The notes beneath the pieces are model-generated. The model saw only the letters and a list, made by a program, of their open reading frames with translations, had not been told where the DNA came from and did no database searches. Below are positions 17,502 to 27,300 of a DNA stretch of 34,603 nucleotides, one piece after another. A program made the translations under genes and the position numbers. This DNA is from Candidatus Fervidifonticultor quintus (lineage in GTDB: Bacteria > Sysuimicrobiota > Sysuimicrobiia > Sysuimicrobiales > Humicultoraceae). The stretch lies in contig JAVKIJ010000031.1 in the NCBI GenBank assembly GCA_031459535.1, positions 1-34,603 on the forward strand. The letters are read 5' to 3'. The stretch's first letter is position 1; each line of letters opens with the position of its first letter.

Positions 17502-18506
17502 ATGGTGCGATACCTCGTCCGCCGGGTCGCCAGTCTGATCTTTGTGCTCGCGGGCATGTCGGTGCTGACCTTTGTCATTTCCCACCTGATCCCCGGGGAC
17601 CCGGCCGCGGCCGCAGCGGGGCCGGATGCCACCGGGGCACAGATCGCGCAGTACCGCCGGGAGCTTGGCCTGGACCTGCCGCTCCCAGTGCAGTACGTCC
17701 GGTACGTGGGCGGCATCGTACTCCGTGGTGACCTGGGGCGGTCTATCCTCAACCAGCGCGCTGTCGCCGACGACATCCGGACGTTCCTCCCGGCCAGCCT
17801 GGAACTGGCGGCCGTCTCGTTCGTCATCTGCGTGCCGCTGGGTATCGCCCTGGGGACCTACACCGCCGTGCGGGCCGGCCGCGTCTCGGACGCGGTGGCG
17901 CGGGGATTCGCCGCTCTGGGCGTCTCCATGCCGGTCTTCCTCGTCGCCCTGCTCTTTCAGCTGTTCTTCTACAAGGAGCTGCGCTGGTTTCCGTCCGGAG
18001 GACGCCTGGGCAGCGACATCGCCCCGCCCGAGGTCATCACGGGGTTCCTGCTGGTGGACACGCTGCTGCGCGGCAACTGGCGGGCCTTCGCCAGCGGACT
18101 GCACCACATCGCGCTGCCGGCCGCGACGCTGGCCGTCGCCAATCTCGCAGTCATCACCCGGATGACCCGCAGCAGCCTCCTGGAGGTTCTCTCGGCCGAC
18201 TACGTCAGGACGGCGCGCGCCAAGGGTCTGACCGAGATCCGCGTGCTGCGCCACGCCTTGAAGAACGGCCTGATCCCGGTTGTGACGGTCATCGGGCTCC
18301 AGTTCGCGTCTATGATCGCGTATGTGTTCCTGGTCGAGCACATCTTCTCATGGCCCGGGCTTGGCTCGTACGCCGTGCGGGCGATCCTGGGCCTCGACTT
18401 CCAGCCCATCATGGCCATCACGCTGCTGCTCTCCGTCATCTATGTCGTCGTGAATTTTGCCGTGGACCTAATCTACCTGACCCTCGACCCACGAATCACC
18501 TACTGA
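17502..18506 (+). CDS. DppB/OppB-like ABC permease
   Basis: PGDPA, GLDLPLPVQY, GDLGRS, DYVRTARAKGL and DPRI motifs. Confidence 0.95.
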   Translation: MVRYLVRRVASLIFVLAGMSVLTFVISHLIPGDPAAAAAGPDATGAQIAQYRRELGLDLPLPVQYVRYVGGIVLRGDLGRSILNQRAVADDIRTFLPASLELAAVSFVICVPLGIALGTYTAVRAGRVSDAVARGFAALGVSMPVFLVALLFQLFFYKELRWFPSGGRLGSDIAPPEVITGFLLVDTLLRGNWRAFASGLHHIALPAATLAVANLAVITRMTRSSLLEVLSADYVRTARAKGLTEIRVLRHALKNGLIPVVTVIGLQFASMIAYVFLVEHIFSWPGLGSYAVRAILGLDFQPIMAITLLLSVIYVVVNFAVDLIYLTLDPRITY

Positions 18507-18525
18507 GGCTGGACGCGGCATCCCC

Positions 18526-19428
18526 ATGCAAGAGGGCTTCACATCCCAGCGCACCGTCCCCTGGGTCCTCCACCTGGCACCCCTCTCAAGGCGCCTGTTC
18601 CTGCGCCGGCTCCGCCGCAACCAGGGCGCCCTGGGAGGGCTGGTCCTGCTGGTGGCGCTGGTGGCTGTCGCGCTGCTCTCAACAGTAGCCACCCCGGCCG
18701 ATCCGTACGCAATAGCCGTCGAACGCCGCTTCCTGCCGCCCGGTGTCGGAGGCGCCTTCGGCACCGATGACCTCGGCCGGGACTTGCTCAGTCGCGTCAT
18801 GGTCGGGACGCGCATCTCGCTGGTCGTGGCGGCCCTGGTGCTCCTGATCGCCAGCGCGGTCGGGGTGCCACTGGGCATCATCTCGGGATACCGCAGCGGC
18901 TGGCTGGACGATGTGATCATGCGCACCGCCGATATCTTCCTGGCCTTCCCGTCGTTCCTGCTGGCAATGGCGATCGTCGCCGCCCTGGGGTCGGCCATGG
19001 CCAATGCCGTCCTCGCCGTGGGCATCGCCTGGTGGCCGCGCTACGCGCGGCTGCTCCGGGCTCAGGTGCTTTCGGTCAGGCAAACGCTCTACGTGGAGGC
19101 TGCTCGGGCGCTGGGTGCATCCGAGCGACGGGTGTTGACCCGGCATGTGCTGCCCAACTGCCTCGGCCCGCTGATGGTACAGCTCGCCACGGACGCCGGC
19201 AACGCCATTCTGATCACGGCCAGTTTGAGCTTCGTCGGGTTGGGCGCCAAGCCGCCGTCACCTGAGTGGGGCTTCATGGTCGCGCAAGGCCGCCAGTTCC
19301 TACTGACCGCGTGGTGGGTACCGATCGTCCCCGGTCTGGCCATCGCCGCCACTGTGGCGGCGTTCCTGTTCGTCGGCGACGGGTTGCGCGACCTCCTCGA
19401 TCCTCGTCTGCGCGACCGGGTGGTCTGA
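18526..19428 (+). CDS. DppC/OppC-like ABC permease
   Basis: FGTDDLGRD, YVEAARALGAS, RHVLPN, PEWG and GDGLRDLLDPR motifs. Confidence 0.95.
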   Translation: MQEGFTSQRTVPWVLHLAPLSRRLFLRRLRRNQGALGGLVLLVALVAVALLSTVATPADPYAIAVERRFLPPGVGGAFGTDDLGRDLLSRVMVGTRISLVVAALVLLIASAVGVPLGIISGYRSGWLDDVIMRTADIFLAFPSFLLAMAIVAALGSAMANAVLAVGIAWWPRYARLLRAQVLSVRQTLYVEAARALGASERRVLTRHVLPNCLGPLMVQLATDAGNAILITASLSFVGLGAKPPSPEWGFMVAQGRQFLLTAWWVPIVPGLAIAATVAAFLFVGDGLRDLLDPRLRDRVV

Positions 19429-19441
19429 GGGGCAGGCCCGC

Positions 19442-20320
19442 CTACTCCTCCGCGTACGCCCGTCCCAGGGCCTCGGGCCGCGCGAGGCCCCACCGGGTCC
19501 TAAACCACGGCGTCGAGATCACCGCCAGGATCAGGATGGTCACCACGAAGGGGACGGTCCGCCACACATAGCGGGACAGGACGCCGGGGAGGAGGAGTTC
19601 GGGATTGAGGGAAAGTTGCCACATGACGCCAAACAGCAGCGAGCCCGCCAGCAAGATCAACGGGTTCCACATAGAGAAGAAGACGAGGGCCAGGCTCACG
19701 AACCCCCAGCCCTGAAGAAAGTTGTAGTTCCAGACGGGATTATAGGACAACGTGTAGAAGGCGCCGGACAGACCGCCCAGCGTGCCGCCCCAGACCACGC
19801 ACAGGTAGCGGATGGCCGGCACATTGACGCCGGAGGCCTCGGCGGAGGCCGGGTTCTCCCCCACGGCGCGGATTGCCAGACCCAGGCCGGTGCGCGAGAG
19901 CACGACCCAGGTCGCCGCCACCAGCAGGAGCCCGAGGTAGACGAACGGCGAGAGGCCCGCAATCGGGGCAATCCGCGCCATCCCCAGCGGCCCCGTGAAC
20001 GGATTCCCGATGTAGGTGGTCAGCCCGAAGCTCAGAATCCACAGCCCCATGCCGCTCACGACCTGATCACCCCGTAGCGTGATGGTGAAGAAGCCGTGGG
20101 CCAGACCGAGGAAGGCGCCGACGGCCAGGCCGGCGAGGAACCCCAGGCCGTGACTGCCCACCACCTGCGCGGTGATGAAGGCCAGGGTGCCGCCGAAGAG
20201 CATCAGCCCTTCTAGGCCCACGTTGAGGACGCCGGCGCGCTGGTTGACCAGTTCGCCCAGCGCCGCGAAGAGGAAGACCGTCGAGGCTTCCAGGCTACGG
20301 ACGAGCAGCTCGGGCGTGAC
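19442..20320 (-). CDS. BMP/nucleoside-type ABC permease, second subunit; start codon non-canonical or mutated
   Basis: The conserved N-terminus LFAALGELVNQRAGVLNVGLEG extends upstream of the ORF-track start (20221) to the TAAGGAGG SD at about 20325-20332; AVGENPASAEASGVNV and GWGFVSLAL motifs. Confidence 0.85.
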   Translation of the reverse strand, partial: VTPELLVRSLEASTVFLFAALGELVNQRAGVLNVGLEGLMLFGGTLAFITAQVVGSHGLGFLAGLAVGAFLGLAHGFFTITLRGDQVVSGMGLWILSFGLTTYIGNPFTGPLGMARIAPIAGLSPFVYLGLLLVAATWVVLSRTGLGLAIRAVGENPASAEASGVNVPAIRYLCVVWGGTLGGLSGAFYTLSYNPVWNYNFLQGWGFVSLALVFFSMWNPLILLAGSLLFGVMWQLSLNPELLLPGVLSRYVWRTVPFVVTILILAVISTPWFRTRWGLARPEALGRAYAEE

Positions 20321-20329
20321 GATGCCTCC

Positions 20330-21469
20330 TTAGGGCCCCCCGGTCGAGACGTCGGGCAGCGGCCGCAGCGCCACGGGCCGCCAGGCGATGCGGAAATGAT
20401 ACAGCAGGTGGGAGCCCACGAACGTCATCATGAGCAGCCCCAGCATGGCGTAGTCGACGCCAAAGGGCAGGCGCAGCGCACCCTGGGCGAACCGGGCGCC
20501 CAGCGAGAGCCCGGCGAACAGCACGGCGACCGGCACGGCCGCGAGCGAGCTCCCGCGGGCGATGAGCGCGCAGATGATCCCGTAAAAGGCCAGATCGCCG
20601 TAGTAACCGTAGTTTCCGGGGATCTTGTAGAGACCGGGCACCGCCCCGAAGTAGTGGTAGCCGGCCAGGCCGGCGAAGACGCCGCCCACCAGGAAGACGC
20701 TCAGCGACAGCCTGACCGCGCCGATGCCCGCGTAGCGCGCCGCCAACGGGTTCTCACCGAGGGCCCGCGCCCGGTAGCCAGCCGCGGTTCGGGCGAACAC
20801 AAAGTCGAGCAGCAGGGCCGCGCAGAACGCGAAGACAGCCGTGACCGGTACGCCAAACAGGAGCGGCGCGCGCAGGGCCGCCGGAAGCACGAAACCCTCG
20901 CCCTCGGCCGTGGCGCTCATGAAGGGGCCGCCCTCTTTGATGAGGTTTGCCACGAGCCAGAACAGGACCGAGTTGAGCATCATCGTCACGAGGATCTCGT
21001 TGACATTGAGCCGGGCGCGCAGGACTCCCGCCAGACCGGCGAGGGCCGCACCCGCTGCCGCGGCGGAGATGACCATCGCCACCATCAGCAGCACCGGGGC
21101 CACAGGAGCGGCCGCGGGGTCCGCTGCCCCCACGGCGAAGGGGACGGCAAACGCGGCCAGGGCGCCCGCATACACCTGGCCGGGCAGCCCGATGTTCCAC
21201 AGCCCCGCGCGCAGTGGCACCAGAAACGCAAACGCGCACAGCAGGATGTAGATGGCGCGGTGGATGGTGGCCACCAGGCCGCGGGGATTGACGAACGCGT
21301 ATGCGAAGACGATGCGGTACGCGGAGAGCGGGTCACCCTCACCGGGCAGGAACAGCAGGCTGGAGAGGAGCAGCGCCAAGACGATGGCCCCCCCGGCGGT
21401 CAGGAACGCGTGCGCGGCCGGCGGGACCGGCCTGTGCTCGACCGTTACGACGTACCGCCAGAGCCTCAA
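20330..21469 (-). CDS. BMP/nucleoside-type ABC permease, first subunit
   Basis: LWNIGLPGQ, NEILVTMMLN and GENPLAARYAGI; the TTG start overlaps the ATPase stop (TTGA). Confidence 0.9.
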   Translation of the reverse strand: MRLWRYVVTVEHRPVPPAAHAFLTAGGAIVLALLLSSLLFLPGEGDPLSAYRIVFAYAFVNPRGLVATIHRAIYILLCAFAFLVPLRAGLWNIGLPGQVYAGALAAFAVPFAVGAADPAAAPVAPVLLMVAMVISAAAAGAALAGLAGVLRARLNVNEILVTMMLNSVLFWLVANLIKEGGPFMSATAEGEGFVLPAALRAPLLFGVPVTAVFAFCAALLLDFVFARTAAGYRARALGENPLAARYAGIGAVRLSLSVFLVGGVFAGLAGYHYFGAVPGLYKIPGNYGYYGDLAFYGIICALIARGSSLAAVPVAVLFAGLSLGARFAQGALRLPFGVDYAMLGLLMMTFVGSHLLYHFRIAWRPVALRPLPDVSTGGP

Positions 21470-23034
21470 GAGGCAACGACCCTTGCGGGGCGCAGGCCCG
21501 CCATCATGGCTCCCACGGTCTGCGCGTCGGCCTCCTCGCGGGGAAGGAGTGCCATGAACCGTCCCTCGTACATCGGCGCGACCCGGTCGCACAGCGACAG
21601 GATCTCATCGAGGTCCTCGGAGATCAGCAGGATCGCGGTACCCTCTGCCCGGGCCTCGATGAGCTTTCTGCGCACGAACGCTGCGGCCTCCACGTCCAGC
21701 CCCTGGGTGGGCAGGTGGGCGATGAGCAGGCGCGGTCTGCGCGACAGGACCCGGCCGAGGATGAGCCTCTGGAGGTTGCCCCCGGAGAGCACTCGGGCAG
21801 ATACAGATGCCCTCGGCGCCTTGACACGGTACGTGGACAGGATGCCCCGCGTCAGCCCCTCCAGCCCGGAGTAGTCCAGCAGACCGCGTCGCGTGAAGTT
21901 CGGGTCGAAGTGATAGTTCATCGCGGTGTTCTCCACCAGGGAGAACGCGGCGATGGACGCCACTGCGGAGCGATCGGCGGGCACGTAGCCCATCCCCAGA
22001 CGCCACCGCTCCAGTGGCGAGCACCGTGTCACGTCCCGATCGCCAAACAGGACGCGGCCCGAGAGCGCGGGGCGCAGACCCGCCAGGACCTGCGCCAGCT
22101 CTTCCTGACCGTTGCCCGTCACGCCAGCCACGCCCAGGATCTCGCCCTCGCCCACGGAGAACGCGATGTCACGCAACGCGGGCAGATTCTTGTCGTTGCG
22201 CGCGCCGAGGCCCTCCACCCGCAGCACCGGACGCCCGCTCACCGCCGGCCGGGCCACCGTCTGAATGGTCTGGGCGGAGATGTCCTCCCCAATCATGTGG
22301 TACACGAGCATCCGCTCCGTGGTGTCGGCGGTCGCAAGCCGCGCCGCAACCCGCCCGGAGCGCAGCACGGTGACCCGGTCACTGAGGGCCATCACGATGG
22401 GCAGCTTGTGCGTGACGAGCACGACGGTGACCCTCTGGGTCCGTACCAGGCTACCCAGGGCCGCAAGCAGGGCCTCTACCTCCGGGGGCGTCAGCACTGA
22501 GGTGGGTTCGTCCAGGATCAGGATCCTGGCGCCACCGTAAGCGGCCCTGACGATCTCCACCCACTGCTTCTCGCCCTCGGAGAGCTGCCAGACCCTGGCG
22601 CCGAGGTCTACGGTGAACCCGTAGCACCGGCATAGCGCCTCCACCTCGCCGCGGGCGCGGCGCAGGTCGAGAAAGCCGCGCCCCCAGCGCCCTCCCAGCA
22701 CGATGTTCTCCAGCACGGTGTGGGCCGCGACGAGCCGGCGGGTCTGATGGACCATCCCGATCCCCGCGGCCAGCGCGTCGTGCGGGGACCGGAAGTGCGC
22801 CTTGCGTCCTGCCACGTAGATCTCGCCCTCGTCCGGCCGCAGCAGGCCGAAGAGGATGTTCATGAGGGTAGTCTTCCCGGCCCCGTTCTGGCCGAGGACG
22901 GCATGGACCTCGCCGGCCCGGATGTCGAGGTCTACGTGGTCGAGGGCGACGACGCCCGGGAATCGTTTGACGATCCCCCGGGCCTCCAGCACCACCTCAC
23001 CGGGCCGCAGCCCTTGTTGGACCGCCGCTGACAC
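21466..23034 (-). CDS. ABC transporter ATP-binding protein, two-domain CUT2 type
   Basis: GQNGAGKTT, ILILDEPT, LSGGNLQR and HLPTQGLDV. Confidence 0.95.
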   Translation of the reverse strand: MSAAVQQGLRPGEVVLEARGIVKRFPGVVALDHVDLDIRAGEVHAVLGQNGAGKTTLMNILFGLLRPDEGEIYVAGRKAHFRSPHDALAAGIGMVHQTRRLVAAHTVLENIVLGGRWGRGFLDLRRARGEVEALCRCYGFTVDLGARVWQLSEGEKQWVEIVRAAYGGARILILDEPTSVLTPPEVEALLAALGSLVRTQRVTVVLVTHKLPIVMALSDRVTVLRSGRVAARLATADTTERMLVYHMIGEDISAQTIQTVARPAVSGRPVLRVEGLGARNDKNLPALRDIAFSVGEGEILGVAGVTGNGQEELAQVLAGLRPALSGRVLFGDRDVTRCSPLERWRLGMGYVPADRSAVASIAAFSLVENTAMNYHFDPNFTRRGLLDYSGLEGLTRGILSTYRVKAPRASVSARVLSGGNLQRLILGRVLSRRPRLLIAHLPTQGLDVEAAAFVRRKLIEARAEGTAILLISEDLDEILSLCDRVAPMYEGRFMALLPREEADAQTVGAMMAGLRPARVVAS

Positions 23035-23040
23035 GGACCC

Positions 23041-24306
23041 TCACTTGAGGATGGTCATACCCTCCAGGTCGAAGTTGAACTTCGACAACAGCCATTCGTC
23101 AGACGGCATCTGCCCCGCCTTCTTCACCGTGGTGCCCTTGGCCGGGATGGGTGTCTCCTTGAGGGCCAGGCCCGTGCCGTTGCTCACCAGGGCGTGCACC
23201 TGGAAGGGATCCCACTGGCCCTTCATCATCTGGTCGCGGCGCTGGGCGACCAGGCGCACGATCGAGTCCGGAAGCTGGCGCCGGGCCTTGGGGCTGATGG
23301 CATCCACGCCCACTTTCTTGTTGTTCATGATGTCCACGGCGGACACCACGGTGCCGTCGGCCAGGGTCATGGTGTCCCGCATGCCCAGGTACAGGAGCGT
23401 GCGCGGCGTGCGGTTGCCGGCGGCCCAGTCGCGCACCATGCGGTCGTAGAGCACCTCCCAGCGTGTGTCGAACGAGATGGCCACGGTGTCCGTGTTCGAC
23501 CAGCCGTAGAAGCCCACGATGTCCATGTCTTTGCCCACGAACCAGATGCCGCGCTCCTGGGCCACGTCCAGGGGGGATCCGGAGTCGGTCTGCTGGGTGA
23601 GGACGTCTACCTTGTACTGGCTGACCAGCGTCCGGGCCACCTCGCGCTCTTCTGTGGGTTTGTACCAGTCGCCCACGTACTTCACGTAGACGTTGACGCG
23701 CTTGCCCAGGGCCCTGGCCGCATCCTGGACGCCGAGATAGAAGCCGGCGGTACGACGGAGCACCTGGACATTGGGGAAGGCGGAGACGATGCCGACGTTG
23801 CCGGTCTTGGTCAGGGCGCCCGCCACCAAGCCTTCCAGGTAGAGGGCCTGGTACTGACGCGGGAAGAACCGGATGAAGTTGGGTTTCTGGCTGACGTCGC
23901 TGGCCACCACGGAGCCGAAGTACACGTTCGGGTACTTGTCCGCAATGTCCTTGAGCGGCAGTCCCATGAACTCCGCGTTGCCCACCACGATGGTGGCGCC
24001 CTGTCGGATCAGCTCCTCGGCGAACGGGACCGTGGAGTCGGGGCCGACCTCCTCACGGTAGACGTACTTCACGTTCGGGTACTTCTGCGCGATGCGCTGG
24101 CCGGCCCGGTTGTGGGCTCCAGACCACGTGGTACCTTTGATCACGCTGAAGTGCAGGATGGCCAGCGTCCCGGCCTGGCCCGGGGCCGCCGACGCGGAAG
24201 AGGTCAACCGGACCGCCGGGCTGGCGAGCAGCGCGGCGATCATCAGGGCGACGAGCAGGGCGCGATGCGGCACGTGCCGGATACCCCAATGATCCTGTGC
24301 AGCCAT
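23041..24306 (-). CDS. BMP family ABC substrate-binding protein
   Basis: Signal peptide ending ASA; WSGAHNRA, YLEGLVAG, YVGDWYKP and QQTDS motifs; GGGGA SD before the ATG at 24306. Confidence 0.88.
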   Translation of the reverse strand: MAAQDHWGIRHVPHRALLVALMIAALLASPAVRLTSSASAAPGQAGTLAILHFSVIKGTTWSGAHNRAGQRIAQKYPNVKYVYREEVGPDSTVPFAEELIRQGATIVVGNAEFMGLPLKDIADKYPNVYFGSVVASDVSQKPNFIRFFPRQYQALYLEGLVAGALTKTGNVGIVSAFPNVQVLRRTAGFYLGVQDAARALGKRVNVYVKYVGDWYKPTEEREVARTLVSQYKVDVLTQQTDSGSPLDVAQERGIWFVGKDMDIVGFYGWSNTDTVAISFDTRWEVLYDRMVRDWAAGNRTPRTLLYLGMRDTMTLADGTVVSAVDIMNNKKVGVDAISPKARRQLPDSIVRLVAQRRDQMMKGQWDPFQVHALVSNGTGLALKETPIPAKGTTVKKAGQMPSDEWLLSKFNFDLEGMTILK

Positions 24307-24326
24307 GTCGATCCCCCAACGCCGTT

Positions 24327-27300
24327 TCACAGTTGATTCCGCATGGACCGCTCTGGCCCCTCCCGGGAATCGTGGGGCCCTCGGTCTGGGGCGGGCGCGT
24401 CCCCATTGCCTCCTCCTGAGACCGGAGCGATCGGCCCCGGCACGGCCGGCACCGCGGCGGCCGCCTCGCGGCGCCGTCGGAAGATCCGGGCGACCACGTC
24501 GTCCATCAGCACATAGGCCACCGGGATCACGACCAGGGTGAGAAACGTGGAGGTCATCAACCCGCCGAGCACCGCTACCCCCAGCGGCCGGCGCCACTCC
24601 GCGCCGCTGGTGCCGATGCCCAGGGCGACCGGCAGGCCACCCAGGATGGTGGTCAGCGACGTCATCAGGATCGGCCGCAATCGCGTCTTCCCGGCCTCAA
24701 GCAGCGCCTGGCGCCGGGGCCGACCGCGGCTGCGGAGCTGGTTGGTGAAGTCCACCAGGACGATGGCGTTGTTCACCACGATGCCGGTGAGCATGATGAT
24801 GCCCAACAACGACATGATGCTCACGTTGATCCGGGCCAGCACCAGCAGCGGGAAAACGCCCACCGCCGCCAGGGGCAGCGTGAACATGATCGTCAACGGA
24901 TGGACCAGCGACTCGAACTGCGCGGCCATGACCATGTAGACGAACAGGATGGCCAGCGCCAGAGATGTCAACAGATCGTGGAACGACTCGGCCTGGAACT
25001 GGGCCTCGCCGCCGAAGGAGATGGCGAAACCCGGGGGCAGCGCCAGGTCGTCTGTGGCCTTCTTGATGTCGGCGACAACGGCTCCCAGCGGGCGATCCTT
25101 GAGGTCGGCGCTGATGAGCGCGAACTGCGCCCGGTTCTTGCGCAACACCGACGCCGGCCCGCGCATCTCGCGCATCGAGGCCACGTCCCGCAGGCGGATC
25201 GCCGCCCCGTTGGCTGCGCGGCCCACGGCAATCTCGCCGAGCCGGTCAAGGGTGTTGCGGTCCTCGGGACGGGCGCGCACGGTGATGTCGAACTCATCGC
25301 CGCCGACCCGGTAACGGGTCACCGCGACGCCTTCCACGGCGCTGCGGATCGCCGCACCGACGACCGCCGCGTTGAGCCCGAAGCGCGCCGCCCGCTCGCG
25401 GTCTAGGGCGATCTGGATCTCGGGTTTGCCCGCGGCCAGGGTGTTGTCCACATTGACGGTGCCCGGGATGCCCCGGACGATCTCCTCCACCCGGGCGGCC
25501 ACCGCCTGAAGTCGCTGGGGATCGGGCCCGGTGACTTCCACCTGGATCGGCGCCTGGCCGCCGCCGGCCTCGTTGCCGACCGAGATCTTGACCTTGGCTG
25601 CGGGAATGGCGGCCATGCGCCCCCGTAGCGCCTCGATGATCTGGAACACGGACCGGTCGCGTTCGCCCTTGTCGGTCAGGCTGACAAAGATCTCGGCGAT
25701 CTGCGATCCGGGGGTCTGGAAGCCGAAGCCCGCCGAGCCAGCGCCGACGCGGGTGAAGTAGGTCTTCACCTCGGGTGTCTGCCGCAGCACCGCCTCCGCC
25801 TGCCGGGCGGCCGTATCGGCGAGCCGCAGTGAGCTGCCGGTGGGCATCTCGATGCGCACCCGAAACTCGCCGGTGTCCGAGATCGGGAAGAACTCTTTGC
25901 CAACGATCGGCGACGCCACGAGGGCCATGCTGGCCACGAAGGCCAGGGTGGCTATGGCGAGGGTGGCCGCCCGATGATCCAGGCACCACGCCAGCAGGCC
26001 CTGGTACCGCTCAGCCAGCCGGTCATAGGCGCCGTCCCACCGGGCGAAGAGCCGCGCAAGCCGCCCGCCGTCCGGCTCGCGCCTGCGCAGCCACCGGCCC
26101 GACAGCATCGGCGTCAGCGTGAAGGCCACGAAGACCGAGAGCAGGTTGGCAAAGACCACCACCAGCCCGAACTGACGGAAGAACTGGCCGACGATGCCGC
26201 GTGTGAACGCGATGGGCACGAACACCGCCACGTTGGTAAAGGAGCTGGCCAGCACGGCCAGCTCGATCTCCCGGGCTCCATTGAGCGCCGCCTCGGTTGG
26301 TGTGGGGTCGAAAGTCAGGTGACGGTTGATGTTCTCGGTGACGACGATGGCGTTGTCCACCAGCACGCCGACCGAGACCGCCATGCCCAGCAGGGACATG
26401 ACGTTGATCGTGAAGCCCGAGAAGTACATGGGCAGCGCCGTGGCCACGATCGCGGTGGGCATGGCCAGGGCGATGATGGCCGTGCTGCGCACATTGTGGA
26501 GGAACGCGAACACCACCAGCGCCACGAGTACGGCGCCCAGGATCAGGTTCCCCTGGACGTCGGCGATGGACGATCGGATGAAGAGGGACTGGTCCTGGGC
26601 GATCCCGAAGGTGACGTCCGGAGGCAGCGTGCGCGCCAGTTCCGCGATCGCCGCGCGCACCCCGTCGGCGACCTTGACGGTGTTGGCGCCTGCCTGCTTT
26701 TGCACCTGGAGGCCGACGCTGTCGCGTCCATTCAGCCGCGTGTACTGCTCCGGATCCTTCTGCAGGTCGCGGACGGTGGCCACGTCGCCCAGGCGGATCA
26801 CCGAGCCGTCCAGGCGGCGGATCCGCAGGTCGGCGATCTCTTCGAGGCTGCCGAACTGTCCGGTCAGGCGCACCAGGAACTCGCGCGGCCCGTCGGTGAT
26901 CGTGCCCCCGGGGATGTTGAGGTTCTCGGCGCGCAGCGCCTCCTCGACCTGGGCCATGGCCAGCCCGTAGGCCCGCAGGCGCTCCTGGTCCACCTCGACG
27001 CGGATCTCCCGGACCAGCCCGCCACTCACGTTGACCGCGGCCACCCCGGGTACCCGCTCGAGGCGCGGTTTGATGATGTCATCGGCCAGGCGGCGCAACT
27101 CGCGGGGCGACCGCGCGCCGCTCAGTCCGATGTTCAACACCGGCTCCGAGGCGAAGTCGAACTTCTGGACGACCGGCTCCCCGACGTCGCGGGGGAAGCG
27201 CGCTCTGGCGATGCTGACCCGCTGGCGCACGTCGGCCGCTGCCGCGTCCACGTCCGTGCCCAGCTCGAACTGGACGCCCGTGAAGACCTGTCCTTCGCTG

